Of a stretch of DNA of 33,624 nucleotides, positions 27,010 to 33,624 are shown piece by piece; within the stretch, counting starts at the first letter, position 1; each line of letters begins with the position of its first letter. This DNA comes from an uncultured Candidatus Rokubacteria bacterium. GTDB taxonomy: Bacteria; Methylomirabilota; Methylomirabilia; Rokubacteriales; CSP1-6. The stretch spans positions 1 to 33,624 of the forward strand of contig CAWBMV010000032.1 in NCBI GenBank assembly GCA_963789955.1, written 5' to 3'. The position numbers and the translations under genes were made by a program. The notes beneath the pieces were generated by a model. That model was not told where the DNA came from and did no database searches. It was given only the letters and a program-made list of their open reading frames with translations.

Positions 27010-27694
27010 CGTTCAGGCGCTCGACGCGTTCTACGGCGACTTCCAGGCGCTCTTCGGCGTCACCCTCCGCGTCGAGGCCGGCGAGACCGTCGCGCTCATC
27101 GGCGCGAACGGCGCGGGCAAGACGACGTTCCTGAAGTGTCTGGTCGGCTTGATCGGCAGCCGGCGCGGCGAGATCCGCTTCGCCGGCCAGCCGATCGCCG
27201 CCGAGCCCGCCGAGCGCATCTCGCGGCTGGGGCTGTCGCTGGTGCCGGAGGGCCGCCTGCTATTCCCGTCGCTGAACGTCGAGGAGAACCTCATGATGGG
27301 CGCGCTCAACCGACGGCCGGGCGCCTGGTCACTGGCGCGCGTCTACGAGCTCTTCCCGGTGCTGGGCGAGCGCCGGCGGCAGCGGCCGGATCAGCTCTCG
27401 GGGGGCCAGCAGCACATGGTCGCGATCGGCCGGGCCCTCATGTCGAACCCGAAGCTCTTGCTGTGCGACGAGATCTCACTCGGGTTGGCGCCGCTCGTGG
27501 TCGATCAGATCTACGAGTCGCTCGGGCACATCCGCGCCGAGGGCGCGTCGATCGTTCTGGTGGAGCAGGACGTCAAGCGCGCCGCCGGCGCGGCCGATCG
27601 CGTGTATTGCCTGCTCAAAGGACGGGTGACCTTGCACGGACAGGCGCGCGGCCTGGGACTCGACCAGCTCTCGCGCGCGTACTTCGGAGCCTGA
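26996..27694 (+). CDS. livF: HAAT family ABC ATP-binding protein, LivF-like
   Basis: GANGAGKT, VPEGR, LSGGQQ, CDEISLGLAP, VEQD. Confidence 0.92.
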   Translation: MTLLDVQALDAFYGDFQALFGVTLRVEAGETVALIGANGAGKTTFLKCLVGLIGSRRGEIRFAGQPIAAEPAERISRLGLSLVPEGRLLFPSLNVEENLMMGALNRRPGAWSLARVYELFPVLGERRRQRPDQLSGGQQHMVAIGRALMSNPKLLLCDEISLGLAPLVVDQIYESLGHIRAEGASIVLVEQDVKRAAGAADRVYCLLKGRVTLHGQARGLGLDQLSRAYFGA

Positions 27695-27715
27695 GGGCGG
27701 CGTGACGAGGACTTC

Positions 27716-28582
27716 ATGATCTGGGTCGAGACGATCATCAACGGTGTGCTCTACGGCGGGCTCTACGGTCTGCTCGGCGTCGGGCTCGCGCTGAGCGTCG
27801 GCGTGATGCGCGTGGTCAATCTCTCGCACGGCGAGTTCATCGTGCTGAGCGCGTTCCTCGGCGTATCGCTCATCGGAGTCGTGCCGTGGCTGCACCCGCT
27901 CGCGCTCCTGCTACCGGTCGCGGTGATCGCGTTCTTCCTGGGCTTCGCGCTCCAGGCGGTCTTGATCAACCGGGTCGTGACGAGGCCCGATCCTTTCGCC
28001 GGCATCCTTCTGACCTTCGGCGTGGCGGTCGTGATGCGCAACCTCATGGTCGAGGTGTACGGCGCCGACCCGCGTCACCTTCAGGCCGGCCACCTGGCCC
28101 AGGCGAGCACGGGATTCGGGGGCCTGCACGTCGGGGTCCTGCCGCTCCTGATCCTGGCGCTCTCGGTCGCATTGTTCACCGCGCTGCAGCTCGTTCTCAC
28201 GCGAACGCGGTTCGGCCGGATCGTGCGCGCCACCGCCGATCATCGGGACGTCGTGCGCCTGATGGGCGTGAACCCCGGGCGCGTCTACAACCTGGTGATG
28301 GGCCTGTCGCTCGCGCTGGCCAGCGTGGCCGGCATGCTGCTCGCGATCCGCGCGTCCTTCACGCCGTATTCCGGCGTCGAGCGCTTGCTGGTCGCGTTCG
28401 AGGTCGTCGTGCTCGGCGGGCTCGGAACGTTCTGGGGCGCGATGCTCGGCGGCATCGCGCTCGGCGTCGCCGAGCTGGTCGGGTTGAGGCTCGATCCGAA
28501 CGCGGGGCCGCTCTACGCCCACCTCTTGTTTCTCGTGGGCGTGCTGCTGAGGCCCAACGGCCTGTTCCGGGTGCGCACATGA
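27716..28582 (+). CDS. livH: HAAT family ABC permease, LivH-like
   Basis: GVMRVVNLSHGEF, FGRIVRATAD, RPNGLF. Confidence 0.92.
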   Translation: MIWVETIINGVLYGGLYGLLGVGLALSVGVMRVVNLSHGEFIVLSAFLGVSLIGVVPWLHPLALLLPVAVIAFFLGFALQAVLINRVVTRPDPFAGILLTFGVAVVMRNLMVEVYGADPRHLQAGHLAQASTGFGGLHVGVLPLLILALSVALFTALQLVLTRTRFGRIVRATADHRDVVRLMGVNPGRVYNLVMGLSLALASVAGMLLAIRASFTPYSGVERLLVAFEVVVLGGLGTFWGAMLGGIALGVAELVGLRLDPNAGPLYAHLLFLVGVLLRPNGLFRVRT

Positions 28583-29688
28583 CGCGGATCAGGTGGCGCG
28601 CGCCGCAGGCCGTCGCGAGGCCGGGGACCCGCCGGCCGAGGCGCGCGTATCGCTGGTCGCTCGTCGCGGTCTTCGCGCTCGCGGTCGTCGTGGCGCCCTG
28701 GGTGATCGGCGAGGGCGCGCAGCGCTTCCTGTCCGAGGCGATGTTGATGCTAGCCATGGCGCAGATGTGGAACCTGCTGGCCGGCTACGCCGGGCTCGTG
28801 TCGATGGGGCAACAGGTGTTCGTCGGACTCGGCGCCTACGGCCTGTTCTTCGCCTCGATCTCGCTGAAGGTCGCGCCCTTCTGGGTGTTGCCGGTCGCGC
28901 CGCTCCTGTGCGCGGCGGTCGCCGCGATCGTGGCGCTCTTCATGTTCCGACTGCGCGAAGCCTACTTCGCGATCGGCACCTGGGTGTTCTCGGAAGTCGT
29001 CTCGCTGCTCATCTCCAAGACCGAGACGCTCGGCGGCGAGCGTGGTGTCGGCCTGCCGACCGCGCGCCTGGTCGACCCGCGCTGGCTCGAGCCCTTGACC
29101 TTCTGGATCAGCGCCGCGATCGCGGTCGCGTCGGTCTTCGGCACCTACGCGCTCCTGCGATCGCGCGTGGGCCTCGGGTTGATGACCGTGCGCGACAACG
29201 ACGTGGCGGCGGCCAGCATCGGGGTCGACGTGTGGCGCAATCGCTTCATCGCCTTCGTGATCGCCGCGGCGGGATGCGGTCTGGCCGGCGCCGTCAGCTT
29301 CACGGCGACGCTCTACGTCGCGCCGGGCTTCGCCTTCGATCCGAACTGGGTGGTCGCGATGATGATCATCGTGATCATCGGCGGCATCGGGACGCTCGAA
29401 GGGCCGATCCTCGGCGTCATCATCTACTTCGCGCTCCGCGAGACGCTCACCGTCGTGTTCGGGCTTTCGGCCGGCTGGTACCTGATCGGCCTCGGCATCG
29501 TCGCGATCGCGGCGATCCTGTTCGAGCCCGACGGCCTCTGGCCGCTGGTCCGCGGCCGCCTCGGCGGCGACTGGCTCAGCGTCCGCCGCGAGCCCCCCGC
29601 GCCGGCGAGGGTCGCTGCGGCGGCTCCGGCCGCCGGGGGCGTGAGATCCTCACCCCCGGGGCTCAGCGCAACCCCGGGCGATCGCTGA
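28579..29688 (+). CDS. livM: HAAT family ABC permease, LivM-like
   Basis: ATGA overlap with the livH stop; WNLLAGYAGLVSMGQ, YFAIGT, IIGGIGTLEGPILG. Confidence 0.9.
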   Translation: MTRIRWRAPQAVARPGTRRPRRAYRWSLVAVFALAVVVAPWVIGEGAQRFLSEAMLMLAMAQMWNLLAGYAGLVSMGQQVFVGLGAYGLFFASISLKVAPFWVLPVAPLLCAAVAAIVALFMFRLREAYFAIGTWVFSEVVSLLISKTETLGGERGVGLPTARLVDPRWLEPLTFWISAAIAVASVFGTYALLRSRVGLGLMTVRDNDVAAASIGVDVWRNRFIAFVIAAAGCGLAGAVSFTATLYVAPGFAFDPNWVVAMMIIVIIGGIGTLEGPILGVIIYFALRETLTVVFGLSAGWYLIGLGIVAIAAILFEPDGLWPLVRGRLGGDWLSVRREPPAPARVAAAAPAAGGVRSSPPGLSATPGDR

Positions 29689-29785
29689 CCCGCCGGCGCC
29701 CCGCGCCCGTCTTCATCGCGCATCCCTGACGGAGCTTGCCGGGCCCACGCGCGGCTCCTGATATAAGGACACAGCGGAGGTCGCC

Positions 29786-31084
29786 CTGGACGCGAAGAGT
29801 CCCCAGATCCCGGACACCGGCCTCACCCTGCGGCAGTACTACATCATGGTCGGGCTCGGCGCCTTCGTCACGACAATCGCCCAGCCCGCCGTCATCGGAC
29901 GGCTCCCGCTCCAGCTTCTCCTGAAAAACCAGCTGCACTTCTCGGCCCAGACGCTCGCGGCGTTCTCGGTCGTCGCGACCTTGGCGTGGAACGTGAAGCC
30001 GCTGGCCGGCATCATGTCCGACGCGTTTCCGCTCTTTGGAACCCGGCGCCGACACTACATGCTGCTCGGCGCCGGCATGGCGGCGGTCTGCTGGTTCTTG
30101 ATGGGCGTCGTGCCCCGATCGTATCTGCCGCTGCTCCTCACGGCCTTCGGCGCCAACGCGTTCATGGTCATCGCGAGCACCGTGATGGGCGGCCTCATGG
30201 TCGAGGCGGGTCATAAGTACGGCATCTCCGGCCGCGTGACCTCGATCCGCCAGGCGCTCCAGAGCGTGGTGTCACTGGGGAACGGCATCCTCGGCGGCTA
30301 CCTGGCCGCGGCCGCGTTCGGCTGGACAGCCGGCATCGCGACCGCGCTGCTGCTCCTGCTGGCGGTCACGACGTTCTTCACCCTCACCGAGCGGCGCGCG
30401 GCGGTGCGCGACCAGCACGTACTGACCAACGCGGCTCACGAGCTCAGCACGCTCGTCGGGTCCCGCACGCTCTGGACGAGCGGAATCTTCCTCGCGCTCG
30501 TCTACATCTCCCCCGGCTTCACGACGCCACTCCTGTTCATGCAGACGGATACCTTGAACTTCAGCACCCCCTACATCGGGCTGATGGAGAGCATCGAGGG
30601 TGCGGCCGGCCTTCTGGGCGCGCTGATCTACGGCGTCGTGTGCCGCCGATTCAACCTCCGGCAGCTCCTGACGACCGCGATCGCGCTGAACGTGACGGTG
30701 ACCTTGCTGTATCTCCGGTACAGCCACGCGACGGCGCCGTTCATCCACGCGACCGTCGGCTTCGCGGTGATCTGCTCCGAGCTGGCGCTCATGGACCTGG
30801 CGGTTCGATCGACCCCGCCCGGATGCGAGAGCCTCGGGTTCTCCCTCATGATGAGCGCGCGCAACTTCGCGCTCGGCGGCTCGGACGTGATCGGCTCGTG
30901 GCTCATCGACAGCCGTCACTGGGTCTTTCACGACCTGGTCTGGCTCAACGCCGGAACGACCGCGCTGGTCCTTGTCTTCATTCCGCTCCTGCCGCGCGCC
31001 GTCATGAGCCGCAAGGACGGCGACGTCGCCGCCGGCCTGGCCGGCGTCCCGCCCGCCGAGCCCACGCCCGCTCGCGCGGTCTAG
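29786..31084 (+). CDS. MFS transporter (BT1/folate-biopterin transporter-like); probable CTG start at 29786, alternative ATG 29846
   Basis: AWNVKPLAGIMSDAFPLFGTRRRHY is typical of BT1-like MFS, and there are about 12 hydrophobic segments. GGAGG lies 5 nt before an in-frame CTG. Confidence 0.85.
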   Translation: MDAKSPQIPDTGLTLRQYYIMVGLGAFVTTIAQPAVIGRLPLQLLLKNQLHFSAQTLAAFSVVATLAWNVKPLAGIMSDAFPLFGTRRRHYMLLGAGMAAVCWFLMGVVPRSYLPLLLTAFGANAFMVIASTVMGGLMVEAGHKYGISGRVTSIRQALQSVVSLGNGILGGYLAAAAFGWTAGIATALLLLLAVTTFFTLTERRAAVRDQHVLTNAAHELSTLVGSRTLWTSGIFLALVYISPGFTTPLLFMQTDTLNFSTPYIGLMESIEGAAGLLGALIYGVVCRRFNLRQLLTTAIALNVTVTLLYLRYSHATAPFIHATVGFAVICSELALMDLAVRSTPPGCESLGFSLMMSARNFALGGSDVIGSWLIDSRHWVFHDLVWLNAGTTALVLVFIPLLPRAVMSRKDGDVAAGLAGVPPAEPTPARAV

Positions 31085-31088
31085 CCGC

Positions 31089-31117
31089 TTGACCCCGCCC
31101 GCCGCGGCCACTAAGCT
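31089..31117 (+). promoter_or_regulatory. Sigma70-type promoter
   Basis: TTGACC-N17-TAAGCT, ending 14 nt before ATG 31132. Confidence 0.55.
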
Positions 31118-31131
31118 GCGCAGACAAATCC

Positions 31132-32097
31132 ATGACGACATTCTTGATGCTGCCCCCGCAGACACCGACGACGCGCGGCTGGGCCTCACGGCTCGCGTCC
31201 GCGCTGCCCCAGCTTTCGGTCGTGGTGGCCGAGACCGACGCCGAGGCCGCCCGCACCGTCGGCGAAGCCGAGGCCGCGTTCGGGACAATGCCCGACGCGT
31301 TGATTCGCGAGGCGCGTCGCCTGCGCTGGCTCCAGGCGCCGCAGGCGGCGCCGCCGGCCGGCTACTATTCGCCGGCGCTGATCGGACACACGGCGACCGT
31401 GACCAATTTCCGCGAGATCTACAACGACCACATCGGCGCCCATATCATGGCGTTCGTCCTGGCGTTCGCCCGCGGATTCCACCACTACCTTCCGCGACAA
31501 CTGCGGCGAGAGTGGCGGCGGGAGCCCAATGACGGCGGCGTGATCCACCTGCCGGAGGCCACGGCGCTGATCGTCGGAGTCGGCGGGATCGGCAGCGAGG
31601 CGGCAAGGCTCGCGGCCTCGTTCGGGATGCACGTCATGGGCATCGACGCGCGGCGTCGCGAAGCACCCCCTGGCGTGTTGAAGCTCGACGGGCCTGAGGC
31701 GCTCGACTCGCTGCTGCCGCTGGCGGACTTCGTCATCCTGACCGTGCCGCACACGCCGGCGACCGAGCACTTCATGCACCGGGCACGCTTCCAGCTCATG
31801 AAGCGCACCGCGTTCTTCATCAACATCGGGCGCGGCATGACGACGCGTCTCGACGACCTGGTCGCCGCGCTCCGTGCGGGCGAGATCGCCGGCGCCGGGC
31901 TCGACGTCTTCGAGCAAGAGCCGCTGCCGGCCGATCACCCGCTGTGGACGATGCCCGGCGTCCTCATCACGCCTCACACCGCCGGCCACGGCCCGCACCT
32001 GGACGAGCGCCGCTTCGAGATCCTGCTGGACAACTCGCGCCGCTTTTTGTCGGACCTGCCGCTGCGCAACGTGGTCGACAAGGCCAACTGGTTCTGA
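31132..32097 (+). CDS. D-isomer specific 2-hydroxyacid dehydrogenase
   Basis: GVGGIG Rossmann motif, INIGRG, GLDVFEQEPLP, ITPHTAG (Arg/Glu/His catalytic residues present). Confidence 0.92.
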   Translation: MTTFLMLPPQTPTTRGWASRLASALPQLSVVVAETDAEAARTVGEAEAAFGTMPDALIREARRLRWLQAPQAAPPAGYYSPALIGHTATVTNFREIYNDHIGAHIMAFVLAFARGFHHYLPRQLRREWRREPNDGGVIHLPEATALIVGVGGIGSEAARLAASFGMHVMGIDARRREAPPGVLKLDGPEALDSLLPLADFVILTVPHTPATEHFMHRARFQLMKRTAFFINIGRGMTTRLDDLVAALRAGEIAGAGLDVFEQEPLPADHPLWTMPGVLITPHTAGHGPHLDERRFEILLDNSRRFLSDLPLRNVVDKANWF

Positions 32098-32109
32098 GGG
32101 GTAGGAGGA

Positions 32110-32949
32110 ATGTCGATGGTCCAGGTAGAACGTCTCGGGTCGCAGATCGGCGTCGAGGTGACCGGCGTCGACGTGAAGACGCTGGACGATGCGACCTTCG
32201 CGGCCGATCTACCAGGCGTGGCTCGACCACAACGTCATGGTGGTGCGCGACCAGGATCTGACGATCGAGGACTTCCTGCGCTACAGCCGCCGCTTCGGCC
32301 TGGTGAGCCCGCATCCGTCGAAGAGCACGCGCCATCCGGACTATCCCGGAGATCACGCTGCTCGGCGTCAACAAGTTCGACGCCGACGGCAAGCTCGACG
32401 AGGCGATCTATCGGCGCGGCGCCGAGGGCTGGCACACCGACGGCGCCTATGATGAGGAGCCGTTCAAGGCGACGCAGCTCTACGCGCTGGCGATCCCGAG
32501 CCGCGGCGGCGACACGCTCTTCGCCAGCATGTATGCGGCCTACGACGCGCTGCCGCAGCGGCTGAAGGAGCGCCTCGACGGGCGGATCGGCGCCTTCACC
32601 TATGGCGGGCGCGCGGAAGGCGACGGCGCTGCTCAACGCGGAGGATCGCGACTGGAAGCCGGTGTTCCATCCGATCATCCGCACGCATCCCGAGACCGGG
32701 CGCAAGGCGCTGTATTTCGATCCGGGCAAGATCCTAGCGATCGAGGGCGTCGAGGCGGAGGAAAGCGACGCGCTGATCGACGAGCTGACCGGCTACATGA
32801 TCCAGCCCGACGGCGAGTACCGCCACAAATGGCGCAAGGGCGACATCGTGATCTGGGACAACCGCTGCTCGTATCACAAGGCGGCCGGCGACTATCCGCC
32901 GGAGGAAGACCGCATCCACTGGCGCGTGTCGATCAAGGAACGCGCATGA
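32110..32949 (+). CDS. TauD/TfdA family Fe(II)/2-oxoglutarate dioxygenase with three apparent +1 frameshifts
   Basis: AGGAGG RBS; IGVEVTGVD; WLDHNVMVVRDQDLT; GWHTDGAY and GGDTLFASMYAAYDALP in a frame not shown in the ORF track; HPIIRTHPETGRKALY; WDNRCSYH. Shifts near 32203, 32347 and 32610. Confidence 0.88.
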
Positions 32950-33624
32950 CGATCGTCACGCGCATGGTCACGCTCGAGCAGGACGGGATTCCCGGGTACA
33001 TGGCGCATCCCGAGGGGCCTGGGAAGCGCGCGGGGATCATGATGGTCCATCACGCGCACGGCGTCACGGCCGACTACAAGATCGACGCCTATCGTCTCGC
33101 GCAGCTCGGCTTCAACGTGCTCGTGCCGAGCCTCTTCAACATGTTCGGCGTTCCGGGAACGACGCACATCGGCCAGGGCGCCGAGCTGCAATCCAAGCAC
33201 TCCGACGTCGAGTTCCTCGGCAAGATGGACGAGGCCTGGCAGTACCTCGTCGATCGAATGGGCTCCGATCCCGCGCGCACCGCCGCGATCGGGCACTGCA
33301 TGGGCGGCCGGTTGCTCATTCCCTTCGCGGCCGATCATCCGCGGCTGCGCGCGCTCGTCCTCTATTACCCTTCGGTCCGGGACGAGCCCGAGACGTCCCA
33401 CCGGCCGCGGCACGCGTTCAAGCTCGCGCGCACGCTCAAGTGCGCCGCGCTGGTGTTCTGCGGCGGCAAGGACTTCATCGCGACGCCGGCGATCCAGGGT
33501 CCGCTCTGGGAAAGCTTCATGGCAAACGGTCAGCCCGTCGAGTGGCACGCCTTCTCGGACGCGAACCACGGTTTCCGTCACCCCGACAACGATGGCTTCC
33601 AGCCTCACTACGCCGATCTCACCT
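32946..33624 (+). CDS. Dienelactone hydrolase family protein, truncated by the window end
   Basis: Hand translation from the ATGA overlap: MTIVTRMV...GYMAHPEG...LAQLGFNVLVPSLF...IGHCMGG...GGKDF...ANHGF (Cys-Asp-His triad). Confidence 0.88.
   Translation, partial: MTIVTRMVTLEQDGIPGYMAHPEGPGKRAGIMMVHHAHGVTADYKIDAYRLAQLGFNVLVPSLFNMFGVPGTTHIGQGAELQSKHSDVEFLGKMDEAWQYLVDRMGSDPARTAAIGHCMGGRLLIPFAADHPRLRALVLYYPSVRDEPETSHRPRHAFKLARTLKCAALVFCGGKDFIATPAIQGPLWESFMANGQPVEWHAFSDANHGFRHPDNDGFQPHYADLT

Noticed and set aside
29630..29688. Possible extra frameshift in the second livM tail (GGGGGCGTGA) followed by a CCCGGGG...CCCCGGG hairpin
   Set aside because: The ORF is open and complete as read, so it cannot be distinguished from a natural low-complexity tail.

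Overview
High-GC bacterial chromosomal DNA, densely coding, with no rRNA, tRNA, CRISPR array or transposase visible. The gene mix of many ABC solute-binding proteins, small lipoproteins and a long palindromic intergenic repeat resembles Candidatus Rokubacteria/Methylomirabilota, but that is an unverified inference. Contents in order: 5' end of a family-5 ABC solute-binding protein; two small lipoproteins; a secreted peroxiredoxin; a Tat-exported S9 peptidase; a sugar-type ABC cluster without an ATPase; a Liv-type ABC operon plus acyl-CoA ligase; a small Cys/His-motif protein behind a sigma54-type promoter; a four-gene signalling operon (HTH-REC regulator, MASE4-like hybrid kinase, REC-HK-REC kinase, lone REC); a catabolic block (DUF3500-like, DapA-like, type II haloacid dehalogenase, enoyl-CoA hydratase/3-hydroxyacyl-CoA dehydrogenase); a histidine phosphatase; a second Liv operon; an MFS transporter; and D-2-hydroxyacid dehydrogenase, TauD-like dioxygenase and dienelactone hydrolase genes. 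The top observation is the peroxiredoxin at 1401-1961 (-), which the ORF track splits in two. It has an in-frame TGA exactly at the peroxidatic Cys position (FTPT-U-TKE), followed by a SECIS-like hairpin, so it is a probable exported, cysteine-free selenoprotein. At least six genes carry 1-2 nt frameshifts that look like sequencing or assembly indels.
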